Assembly: GCA_963840855.1 (NCBI GenBank)
Contig: CAWJBB010000034.1
Span: 72,340-136,339, forward strand
DNA length: 64,000 nucleotides
Source of the DNA: an uncultured delta proteobacterium
GTDB taxonomy: Bacteria; Desulfobacterota; Binatia; UBA9968
Reading direction: 5' to 3'
Shown: positions 10,701 through 18,962 of the stretch, in pieces
Layout: every line of letters starts with the position of its first letter
Numbering within the stretch: the stretch's first letter is position 1
Made by a program: the position numbers and the translations under genes
The notes under the pieces: generated by a model
Databases searched by the model: none
The model's input: the letters and a program-made list of their open reading frames with translations, nothing else
Told to the model about the DNA's origin: nothing

Positions 10701-10784
10701 TGTCATGCTGAGCAGAAGCGAAGCATCTCGCATTTTCAAGGTGTTACGAAGACGAGATTCTTCGGCTGCGCCTCAGAGTGACAT
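10701..10784. repeat. REP-like palindrome (tgtcatgctgagc...gagattcttcggctgcgcctcagagtgaca)
   Basis: Inverted termini tgtcat/gtgaca; related half-copy at 33853-33890. Confidence 0.7.
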
Positions 10785-10888
10785 TGCGACACAGTCTCGA
10801 CGCGGGGGGGATGAAGTAAGTACTGAAGGACTCCTGCCTCCCGGCGCACGTTGCATCGTGAGTATGACCTGAGTTATATGCAGCTTCG

Positions 10889-11170
10889 ATGAAGACAACA
10901 ATTTCCCTCCCAGATCCGCTCTTCGCCCGAGCCGAGCAGGTTGCCAAGCGCTTGCGCATATCGCGCAGTAAGTTATACGCAACCGCTATCGCCGAATTCG
11001 TCAACGCACATAGCTCTCGCGATGTCACTGAGCGCCTCAACGAGATCTACGCAAAGGAGAAGTCTAAGCTCGATCCCGTCCTCCATGCGCTTCAACTCCG
11101 GTCACTGAGTCGCGGTGGGCGACGACGGCGAACTCCACCGGGTAGATTAAAAACCGGCCTCGACCGGTAA
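10889..11170 (+). CDS. Ribbon-helix-helix (CopG/ChpI-like) antitoxin with no adjacent toxin
   Basis: MKTTISLPDPLF..AE..A.RL.ISRSKLYATAI...VTERLNEIY pattern of RHH antitoxins normally paired with PemK/MazF; imperfect inverted repeat gtatgac-ctga-gttatat just upstream. Confidence 0.75.
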   Translation: MKTTISLPDPLFARAEQVAKRLRISRSKLYATAIAEFVNAHSSRDVTERLNEIYAKEKSKLDPVLHALQLRSLSRGGRRRRTPPGRLKTGLDR

Positions 11171-11359
11171 TCACTATGATTTGAATATACGAAAGCAACT
11201 TTTAGCTTTTATCGGATCGACGCTTCAGAGTGTCCTTTCAAGTTATCGTTCCATCTGATGGAACTTATTTCTATGATCCGTGCTATACAGAAATTACAAG
11301 GTTCTATAAGAAACCCGATATTCCTGGTTCGGCGTCATAGATCTGTCAGGAGTCCTCAC

Positions 11360-11722
11360 ATGATTGATCACATCAGCATCCGGGTTTCGGATTATGAACG
11401 GAGCAAGCACTTCTATGCCATAACTCTTGCACCTCTTGGTTATGCGCTACTCATGGAAAGTGCCTCCGGCGCCGGCTTTCGCAAGGAGTTCATCCCTGAC
11501 TTTTGGATCAAGCAAGGTATTCCGAGTCCATCCGTGCACGTGGCATTCTCCAGTCCCGATCGTGCCACAGTCGACGCGTTTTACCGCGCCGCAATTGCAG
11601 CGGGCGCCACCGACAACGGCCCACCAGGTTTACGCCCTAACTATCACCCGTCGTATTACGGTGCATTCGTCCTGGACCCGGATGGATACAACGTTGAGGC
11701 TGTATGCCACAGGCCAGAATGA
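11360..11722 (+). CDS. VOC/glyoxalase family protein
   Basis: MIDHISIRVSD, HVAF, DNGPPGLR, YYGAFVLDPDGYNVEAV; AGGAG RBS before ATG 11360. Confidence 0.92.
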   Translation: MIDHISIRVSDYERSKHFYAITLAPLGYALLMESASGAGFRKEFIPDFWIKQGIPSPSVHVAFSSPDRATVDAFYRAAIAAGATDNGPPGLRPNYHPSYYGAFVLDPDGYNVEAVCHRPE

Positions 11723-11766
11723 AAGACGCGCATTAATCTCTGCAGTTAATTGATCAGGAAACAAAT

Positions 11767-12768
11767 ATGGCTGATGATGCAACTGCTCAGTACGATGTCT
11801 TTTTGAGTTATCGTTGGGTAGAACCGGATCAAAGGTGGGTTCGACAACAACTCGTCCCAGCATTAGAGAAAGCGGGTCTGAATGTACTTTTGGATGTAGA
11901 TGATTTCGTGCCAGGGCGAGATTTAATTCTTGAAATGGAACGGGCCGCTTCGTCCTCTACGAGAGCAATCTGCGTGATTAGTCCGGATTATTTTGAAGGT
12001 AATCGAATGGTCCAGTTTGAGAGCCTCATGCTCCGGCGATCTGACCCATCTGGAATGGAATCAAAACTCATACCGCTTATATTGCGGCCTGCCATTCTTC
12101 CCGAACGTCTCCGCGGCTTAATTGCAGTAGATTGGACGAATCCTGAAAATCACCAACGAGAATGGAAAAAACTTCTTCGTGTATTAAATGCAAAACACAT
12201 AAATGCCCCAGCGCCTCAAAGTATAGGCAGAGCTCAAGATATCCTCCAGGAGGGTTACCACGACAGTCGAGTGGAGTTGGTCAGAACCCAGTTGAATCAG
12301 CTACACGCGCAGGCACATGATCCAGCTACTTTCCTCCGAAGCAAGATCTTTCCGATTCTGCGTGGGCTATTTGTTGGCAGGAATACCTTTATCGAGCCCG
12401 TTGGTGACTGCCGAGAGGAGAACTGGGCAGAGCGGTTTATCGCGACCATAGAGACGAGGCGCCTGATAGAGACGTACCGACCAGTCATAATTGACCATGC
12501 GAAGCCTGGGGATGAAGAATTGGTGCGTTCGTACGACCAGCTGAATCTCCATAGCTACCTGCAGGAATTGACGGGGCTCTTCGATCCTCGTCCCGGGGTC
12601 AACAAAATCACAGAACAATTTAGAAAAGGGGATGTTGACGCGGTCAAGCTGGAATTGAAAGGAATAGAGATTCATCCGAAGGAGAGAATCGATTCCAAAG
12701 CGATCGAAGCTTGTGACGGAAGGCAAATTGCAATTAAAAGGATCTGGGAGCAATGGCCGGTCATCTAA
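11767..12768 (+). CDS. TIR domain protein (N-terminal TIR_2 plus unrecognised ~190-aa C-terminal domain)
   Basis: YDVFLSY, LEKAGLNVLLD..DF.PG, ICVISPDYF......QFE (putative catalytic Glu), KLIPLIL; AT-richer than flanks. Confidence 0.88.
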   Translation: MADDATAQYDVFLSYRWVEPDQRWVRQQLVPALEKAGLNVLLDVDDFVPGRDLILEMERAASSSTRAICVISPDYFEGNRMVQFESLMLRRSDPSGMESKLIPLILRPAILPERLRGLIAVDWTNPENHQREWKKLLRVLNAKHINAPAPQSIGRAQDILQEGYHDSRVELVRTQLNQLHAQAHDPATFLRSKIFPILRGLFVGRNTFIEPVGDCREENWAERFIATIETRRLIETYRPVIIDHAKPGDEELVRSYDQLNLHSYLQELTGLFDPRPGVNKITEQFRKGDVDAVKLELKGIEIHPKERIDSKAIEACDGRQIAIKRIWEQWPVI

Positions 12769-12820
12769 AGGGACTAACGTCGTGGACGTCCTCCAACTTC
12801 TCTCTGCGAGCCCGATTGCC

Positions 12821-12838
12821 GCCTAATATTGGTTAGGC
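12821..12838 (+). other. Left cassette boundary: GTTAGGC core (12832-12838) with an inverted GCCTAAT box 4 nt upstream (attI-like or secondary site)
   Basis: gcctaat-attg-gttaggc; GTTAGGCCG is the exact reverse complement of CGGCCTAAC at 13849-13857. Confidence 0.55.
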
Positions 12839-12857
12839 CGCATTAGACGAACGAACT

Positions 12858-13840
12858 ATGATCCTCCTTGCCGCCGTTTACAACCTCAGACTCTCAGAAC
12901 CGACAGGGAGAGGTGTCCAGATCGCCGACGGGCTCTACTTGACAAACGAGTGTTCCACACAACTAGAGCGAATCCTTTCGCGGCCATTCAGGTTTGCAAT
13001 CGGGGGCAACGAATGCGTCAGCCTCCTGACAGGACCTGCGGCCGTCTATTGGAAAGATGTCCCGAATGAAGCCGACCCACTTCAAGCCGTTAAGACTCTG
13101 ACGATGTGGCTGAAATGCTTACGCGGATTTTTCTGGCTTTGTGGGTCGCAAAAGACAACGCAGTCAACTGTGAAATGGGATTCTTGGAACACGATGTCCC
13201 TGGGCAAGGTCTCACGCACACAAGCAACTTCATCGCGGCTTTGTTTTCCAATGCGCGAGGCGGGAAAGATGAAGTGGAGTTTCGCCTCACGGAGATTCGT
13301 CAGGCTCGTCAGTACTTCTCTGACTTCTTTCTTCCCGTGATGTTCGGGCTTCAGGTTGGTAGTGGTAGTGCACTTGGGCTCACAATGAAGACTCGGCCGG
13401 CTGCTGTTAGTGCCAAGGGTGTCCATCGCCTAACTCGGTTCCTGTACTTTCTTTCGGCCGCACGTAGCGCCGATGATCTCGGCGTTAAAGTGTCGTTGTA
13501 TATGACTTGTTTAGAAATCATGTTCTCAACCGAGCCGACGGAGTTGACTCATCGCCTCTCAGAGCGCGTCGCTTTTTTTCTACGTAGAGATCCCGCCGAA
13601 CGTCTCGCGGTATACGGGAGTCTCAGGCGGGCGTACGACATTCGGTCGAAGGTTGTTCATGGTAGCGTGATGTCCGAGCAAAAACAGAAATGGCTGCCCG
13701 ATGTCGCGAGTGAGATTGATGCGCTCCTCCGAGAGTTGGTGCTCAAAGTAATTGTAGACCAGGCTTCCCGACAGGTGTTCGACATGAACGACACCGATTT
13801 TGAGGATTACTTCGCCCGGCTCACGATCGGCATCCTGTGA
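12858..13840 (+). CDS. HEPN (ApeA-like) domain protein, ~327 aa if a 1-nt frameshift in the T5 run at 13128-13132 is corrected
   Basis: C-terminal half has LE.MFST...ELTHRLSERVAFFL and AYDIRSKVVHG (RxxxxH HEPN motif); ORFs 12858-13340 and 13106-13840 join by adding one T (GFFLALWVAKDN). Confidence 0.8.
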
Positions 13841-13850
13841 TGCGCACTCG

Positions 13851-13938
13851 GCCTAACACGCCGATGAACTCGGCGTCATTGCGCGGTACCCTCGCTCGCT
13901 GCGCTCGCTCGGCGCGGGTTATCGGCAGCCCGTTAGCC
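13851..13938 (+). mobile_element. Integron attC recombination site (88 bp)
   Basis: R'' GCCTAAC, 5-nt spacer, L'' GATGAACT with extrahelical G, central region, L' GGTTATC, R' GTTAGCC; begins 10 nt after the HEPN stop. Confidence 0.82.
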
Positions 13939-14008
13939 GGCATAATATGGACTCCTTTGCGGGTACCTTCATTCCTGATGCTATCTGGAGGTGTGGAGGA
14001 ATTGAGCC

Positions 14009-14295
14009 ATGAGAAGGATTTTTAAAGTCAAAGCTTTGCCGGGGTATCGGGAACCGTAGACCTCTCCGAAAACGTCGGCAAAGGTGTGTTCGTCCTCTGG
14101 CTCGACCCGCTTGCCTTCGATCGGGTTCGTATCGGTTCATCAGGCGAACTGGTCTGGGGCGATCAGATTGATCTGTGTCCGGATGCGCTCTACCTCAAAG
14201 TGACGGGCAAGAAACCGGAAGACATTTTCCCTGCACTACGCAGCCAAGCCACACATGGCTGAGATCAGCCGTTTCTTAGGCATTGTCATCTCCCT
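14009..14295 (+). pseudogene. DUF2442 gene with internal deletion, followed by an N-terminal stub of a DUF4160 gene (TA-like pair remnant)
   Basis: MRRIFKVKALPGYR // GTVDLSENVGKGVF..W.DP.AF.RV.IG..GELVWGDQIDLCPDALY; overlapping MAEISRFLGIVIS, after which homology appears lost. Confidence 0.7.
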
Positions 14296-14396
14296 CTTGT
14301 TTTATCTTCCCTTCCTGACTTTGACGACCTCTCCCAATTTGATTACTCACAGCATCGGGGTTAAAACGTTCACGTTCGCTGACAAATCGGAAAGGA

Positions 14397-14966
14397 ATGA
14401 TTCCGGTGGTGAAGTCGACGAAGTCGAAGATGGGTAACCCTACGTGGTCGAATGTAAAGGCGGCTGTCGCGAACCTAGATGAGCAGCAGTTGGTCGGCTT
14501 AGTTGCAGATCTCTATCGCTTCTCCAAGGAGAATCAGGCTTTTCTCCATGCCCGGTTCTCGGTTGTGGACGATCCGCTTGCTCCTTTCAAGGAAACAATC
14601 GATGAATGCATGTACCCGGACATCTTCAAAAACAAACCGATTCAGATTTCCAAAGCAAAAAAAGCGATCAATGATTACGCGAAGGCCGTGGGAGACCCGC
14701 TGGGCGAGGCTGAGTTGATGACCTTCTTTGTCGAGTGCGGCAATCAATACACAGTGGATTTAGGAGATATAGATGAAAATTTCTATGACGCTCTCAACCT
14801 GATGTATCGACGGGCTATTGAAAAGGTATTAAGCCTTCCCGAAGGGCAACAAGACGAGTTCAAGAAAAGGCTGGAAGCGATCATGACGTCGTCCGCCAAT
14901 ATTGGATGGGGGTATCACGATCAGCTCCGACAAGACTATTACGACGCATTTGATGAGGACGAGTAG
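14397..14966 (+). CDS. Conserved hypothetical helical protein (DUF6155-like)
   Basis: W..VK......[55 protein letters not shown]; exact start uncertain. Confidence 0.65.
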   Translation: MIPVVKSTKSKMGNPTWSNVKAAVANLDEQQLVGLVADLYRFSKENQAFLHARFSVVDDPLAPFKETIDECMYPDIFKNKPIQISKAKKAINDYAKAVGDPLGEAELMTFFVECGNQYTVDLGDIDENFYDALNLMYRRAIEKVLSLPEGQQDEFKKRLEAIMTSSANIGWGYHDQLRQDYYDAFDEDE

Positions 14967-15005
14967 TAAGCGGGGTCACATTTTGGAAATTGCATTTGCC
15001 GATCG

Positions 15006-15053
15006 GCAGTGGGGACAACCTCGCCGCTCCAATACCAATCCGGGACGGCCCCG
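15006..15053 (+). promoter_or_regulatory. Guanidine-II (mini-ykkC) riboswitch-like element
   Basis: Two short GC hairpins, GTGGGG-ACAA-CCTCGC and GGG-ACGG-CCC, joined by a ~13-nt linker directly upstream of the gdx RBS. Confidence 0.72.
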
Positions 15054-15072
15054 AACAGTGAAAGGAAGGCAT

Positions 15073-15393
15073 ATGGCTTGGGTCATTCTCGTCATCGCGG
15101 GGTTGTTTGAAGTAGGTTGGGCCGTCGGGCTCAAGTATACGGAAGGCTTCACAAAGTTGTGGCCCACGGCTTGGACAGCTCTGGCCATGATCATCAGTCT
15201 GTGGCTGCTGGGCATCGCGATGAAATCGCTGCCGGTTGGAACGGCATACAGCGTATGGGTCGGAGTTGGCGCGGTCGGCACGGTTATCCTTGGGATCGTG
15301 CTTCTTGGCGAACCGGCAAACACGGCCCGGCTGATCAGCGTTGCGCTCATCATCGCGGGAATCATCGGGCTCAAGCTGGCGACACCCGCCTGA
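15073..15393 (+). CDS. gdx: SMR family guanidinium exporter Gdx (SugE)
   Basis: [43 protein letters not shown]; 106 aa. Confidence 0.93.
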   Translation: MAWVILVIAGLFEVGWAVGLKYTEGFTKLWPTAWTALAMIISLWLLGIAMKSLPVGTAYSVWVGVGAVGTVILGIVLLGEPANTARLISVALIIAGIIGLKLATPA

Positions 15394-15414
15394 CTCCACG
15401 TCAGATTGTCTGAA

Positions 15415-16182
15415 TTAATTCGCCCAGCCGCTCTCTGAAACGACGACTCGGTTACCTTCCGGATCGTTAAACTGAATCTGACCTCCAGCACCCTCGGAAA
15501 TTGCCACGCTGCCATCTTGCAATCGTTTTTTGACCGAAGCGAGATCATTCACCTGGATGCCGAAGTATTGCACGCCGTTTTTCGGGCGGGTTTGAGTCTT
15601 TGTTAGAAGCAATGTCACGGTTCCGTCGCTCAGGCGAATGCTGTCATCGCTTGCGCGGCCGACGGCTTCTAATTCGAACTGGCTTTTGTAGAACGAGCAG
15701 GCTTCATCCAGATCTGCGACCTGCACGGCGAGCAAACGAACGGCGGGAAGTTTCTTTTCTTCTCTGCCAAGAAAACCGCGAGACGAAAGATCGACATTGT
15801 TGCCCCATGGGTCGATGAAACGGACCTCGGCGGGCCGCGCGCCTTCGGGGCCGCCAACGCCGGCAGAAACTTGCGGTGTCGTGCCGCGGGCCAAATTTGC
15901 CGGCAGCTTCGCCACCGCCTTTTCCAAATTATCAACCATGAAGCCGTAGTGATGTATGCCGATCGTCAACTCTTTCTCGCTGCCATCGGCTCGGTGCGTT
16001 CCCGCCTCAGCCGCCTCCACCGCCGCGCGCTGTAAAAAAGCCAGATTGAAAAGCGGATCGATTACCATGCGCGAGCCGCTGGGAAACACTTTGCATTCCT
16101 CGAAGCCAAAATACTTTTGGTAAAAATCGCTTAGTTTTTTGGGTTCCGCTGAAATAAACGCGATATGTCTCAGTTTGCCCAT
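15415..16182 (-). CDS. Two-domain VOC/glyoxalase family protein
   Basis: KLRHIAF, GIHHYGF, DPWGNNVDLS and a second repeat ending DPEGNRV; GGAGG RBS. Confidence 0.85.
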   Translation of the reverse strand: MGKLRHIAFISAEPKKLSDFYQKYFGFEECKVFPSGSRMVIDPLFNLAFLQRAAVEAAEAGTHRADGSEKELTIGIHHYGFMVDNLEKAVAKLPANLARGTTPQVSAGVGGPEGARPAEVRFIDPWGNNVDLSSRGFLGREEKKLPAVRLLAVQVADLDEACSFYKSQFELEAVGRASDDSIRLSDGTVTLLLTKTQTRPKNGVQYFGIQVNDLASVKKRLQDGSVAISEGAGGQIQFNDPEGNRVVVSESGWAN

Positions 16183-16294
16183 GCTTCACCTCCGCGGGTA
16201 TTGATTCGGTTATAGGTTTGATAATTTCTCCTTCAATGTTGAAACTCTTTGGATTTTAAATTATCGAGCGACAAAAACCAATTCAAGAAAACTT

Positions 16295-16375
16295 ATCGCG
16301 CCAAGACGCCAAGGCGCAAAGTAAAATTTAATTCTCCGTCCTCCGAACTTGGCGTGCTTAGCGCCTTTGCGCGAG
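16295..16375. repeat. Paired inverted 8-mer element (cgccaaga/cgcaaag ... cttggcg/ctttgcg)
   Basis: tcgcgccaagacgccaaggcgcaaag ... cttggcgtgcttagcgcctttgcgcgag; same family at 43655-43840, 52968-53121 and 55148-55176. Confidence 0.75.
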
Positions 16376-16395
16376 TCACCAAGGCGAAGTTTCTA

Positions 16396-17457
16396 TCAAC
16401 GAATATTCGGAACCACTCGTTCCATGAAACGGCGCATCGACGCGCGCGTTTGGCTGTCCGTCAAACCGCCCAGTGCAAAGTTTCCAGCCACGTCCGTCAG
16501 GTAGAGCCGCTCACGAACGTATTCCACCTTTTCCCGCACTTCCTCCGCGCTGCCGACAAGCACTCGGTTTTGGTCGACCAGTTCCTCGAACGTGAGCCGC
16601 TTCATCTGCGCGCGGTGTTTTTCATGACTGCGGTACGACTCGGGATCGGCCATCCCCGGCGTCAAGCTATGGGCTTGGCTTGCCGCTGACTGGTATTCGG
16701 CGAGCCCAACTTCTGCGGCCGCGCGCGCCTCGGCCGAACTTTCACCGACGCAGGCGTGATACACCCCCAGCACGCGGGCCGTTGACGCATCATATCCCGC
16801 CGCCCGCCGCGCATCGAAGTAAGCCTGCATCTTGAGACGAAGCTCCTCGACTTCGTTCAGGAACGGAATGAGCATCATGTGAAAGCCATAACGTCCCGAC
16901 AGCTCGAAGGATTCCACGGACGTCGTCGCCGCCATCCACACCGCCGGATAGGGCTCCTGCACCGGGCGCGGATAAACTTGCACGCCGTTGTATTCATGAA
17001 AGCGCCCCTTGTGATTTAATCTGGGCTCACTCCAAGCCTTGAGAACCACTTCGAGATTTTCTTTGAACCGCTCGCGCAAATCATCGAGCGCAATGCCAAA
17101 CGTGAGCGCTTCCCATTTGACGAAGCCGTGGCCGATGCCGAATTCGACTCTGCCATTACTCAAGCAATCGAGGGTCGCGTAGTCTTCCGCGACGCGCAGT
17201 GGGTTGTGATACGGCAAGAGCAGTACCGCGGTTCCGATGCGCATCCTCGTCGTTCTCTGCGCGATAGCGGCGCCGATTACCGGTGGCGCGGAAAAGAAAC
17301 CCGCGAATGGATGAAAGTGATGCTCGGCCAGCCAGACCGAATTGAAGCCGAGTTGCTCGCCAAACGCTACCTGATCCACGATAGTGCGAAATCGCTCTGC
17401 CCCTTCGTTTCGCGTCGCGGGTAATGATGACGGCAAATAGAAAAGACCGAAACTCAT
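16396..17457 (-). CDS. LLM-class flavin-dependent oxidoreductase
   Basis: GFNSVWLAEHHF, RIGTAV, PLRVAEDYATLDCLSNGRVEFGIG, PRPVQ motifs. Confidence 0.92.
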   Translation of the reverse strand: MSFGLFYLPSSLPATRNEGAERFRTIVDQVAFGEQLGFNSVWLAEHHFHPFAGFFSAPPVIGAAIAQRTTRMRIGTAVLLLPYHNPLRVAEDYATLDCLSNGRVEFGIGHGFVKWEALTFGIALDDLRERFKENLEVVLKAWSEPRLNHKGRFHEYNGVQVYPRPVQEPYPAVWMAATTSVESFELSGRYGFHMMLIPFLNEVEELRLKMQAYFDARRAAGYDASTARVLGVYHACVGESSAEARAAAEVGLAEYQSAASQAHSLTPGMADPESYRSHEKHRAQMKRLTFEELVDQNRVLVGSAEEVREKVEYVRERLYLTDVAGNFALGGLTDSQTRASMRRFMERVVPNIR

Positions 17458-17613
17458 GGCGGACACATATGACAGTTCACCAGGAATGACAAGGCACAAA
17501 CCGCGAGCAATCAGCAGTAAAAGGTGAGGCGAAAAGATATCGGGGCGTTAACTAATCGACTCCTACAATACCCGTAATACGTGTGTAAGGTAGTATCCAT
17601 TTGATTACCCTGG

Positions 17614-17729
17614 CCGTCGAGAAGGCGGTGGGTGCGAGGCGGAGCGAGGGCTCGCACCGGAGCGTACATCGGCAGTACGTGAGGATGCGAGTCCGACGTG
17701 ACAACGAAGCAAACGCCCCTTATCGGCGG
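17614..17729. repeat. MITE-like element with imperfect terminal inverted repeats
   Basis: ccgtcgagaagg ... ccttatcggcgg; internal gcgaggcg and caacgaagca motifs shared with the 52619-52783 element. Confidence 0.55.
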
Positions 17730-17951
17730 ATCAGGGACAAGGCAATGTCAAGTTGACTTATCGCTACAGTATCTGATACAGGCCCGTCAGATTGATCCCC
17801 TGGCAGTCCGCGGTAGCGGTTTTCGCCAAGAACATGCCTTGCCACGATCAAGGGGAACGATCTGCCGTGTTGGCGCCAGCGCGCTTTGCAAAGCAAGTTC
17901 CTAGCTTGAATGCGCCCGCTCGCAAGCGGCACGCATGAAAGGAGAAACGCT

Positions 17952-18902
17952 ATGAATAGACACGTGAGGGTTTTGGGCCTGGTCTTGGGTCTTACCACCG
18001 CGCCGGCAGGCATCACGGCGGCAGCTGAACTCAAATTGATGACGGGGCCGCAGGGCGGCGCCTGGGTGCCGCTTGGTGGCCAATTGAAGGACATGTGGGA
18101 AAAAGCCCTTGCCAACACATCGGTGCAGGCTCTGCCGGGCGCCGGTATCGCCAACGTGCGCGGTATCGAGGAAGGCAAGACCGACATCGGCTTCGGCAAC
18201 TCGATTTCGACCGTCGATGCGGTCGCCGGCAAGCCGCCGTTCAATAAACCGCACGACAACGTGTGCAACCTGGCGACGCTCTACCCGCAATACTTCCAGG
18301 TCGTCGTGCGCGCCGATGCCGCGGTCAACTCCATCAAGGATCTCAAGGGCAAGGCCATTGCCGCCCAACCGCGCGGCAACACCGCCGAGGAGATCACCAA
18401 GCAGCTCTTGCAGGTGAACGGGCTCACCTACAACGACGTCAAGATGAGTTTCGTGTCGTATACCGATGCCGTGACCCAGGTGCAGGACGGACACGCGGTC
18501 GCCTTCACCGCCGGGACAACAATTCCCTCCAGTGCAGTGATGGACCTCGCCGCTTCGCGCGAGATCAAGCTGATCGATCTTGCCGACCAGCTCAACGCGA
18601 TGAAGAAGCTAAATCCGGGCTACACGCTCAATACGATCCCCAAGGGCACCTACCCGAAGCAGGACAAGGACGTGCAGGTGATCGGTTATGCCACCCACAT
18701 CGTCGCCTCCTGCAAACTGCCGGAAAACATGGTCTACGGCATGACGAAGGCCATCGCGCAAAACACCCAGCAGCTCTCCGCCATCGTCAGGGACATCAGG
18801 GGACTGACGCCGAAGGGGATGGCCGAGGACATCGGCGTGCCGTTCCACTCCGGCGCGGCCAAGTTTTACAAGGAAGCCGGCATAACCGTGAAGACGAAAT
18901 GA
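17952..18902 (+). CDS. TAXI-family TRAP transporter solute receptor
   Basis: TGPQGGAW, LYPQYFQ, DLKGK, VPFHSGA.KFY motifs; AAGGAG RBS before ATG 17952. Confidence 0.92.
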   Translation: MNRHVRVLGLVLGLTTAPAGITAAAELKLMTGPQGGAWVPLGGQLKDMWEKALANTSVQALPGAGIANVRGIEEGKTDIGFGNSISTVDAVAGKPPFNKPHDNVCNLATLYPQYFQVVVRADAAVNSIKDLKGKAIAAQPRGNTAEEITKQLLQVNGLTYNDVKMSFVSYTDAVTQVQDGHAVAFTAGTTIPSSAVMDLAASREIKLIDLADQLNAMKKLNPGYTLNTIPKGTYPKQDKDVQVIGYATHIVASCKLPENMVYGMTKAIAQNTQQLSAIVRDIRGLTPKGMAEDIGVPFHSGAAKFYKEAGITVKTK

Positions 18903-18962
18903 CTGGATCGGCGGCGCCGACGCAGCTCTTCGACACCAGGCAGCAGAGATCGGGTAGCTCAG

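Noticed and set aside
12772-12838. Full attC downstream of the TIR gene (GACTAAC...GTTAGGC)
   Set aside because: No complementary L''/L' boxes or central stem could be formed, so the TIR gene is not called a cassette.
13128-13132. Programmed -1 frameshift controlling the HEPN toxin
   Set aside because: T5 is short, no clear stimulatory structure was seen, and the window has many similar indels, so assembly error is more parsimonious.
13837-14025. 62-aa ORF MMRTRPNTPMNS
   Set aside because: It is a translation of the attC palindrome.
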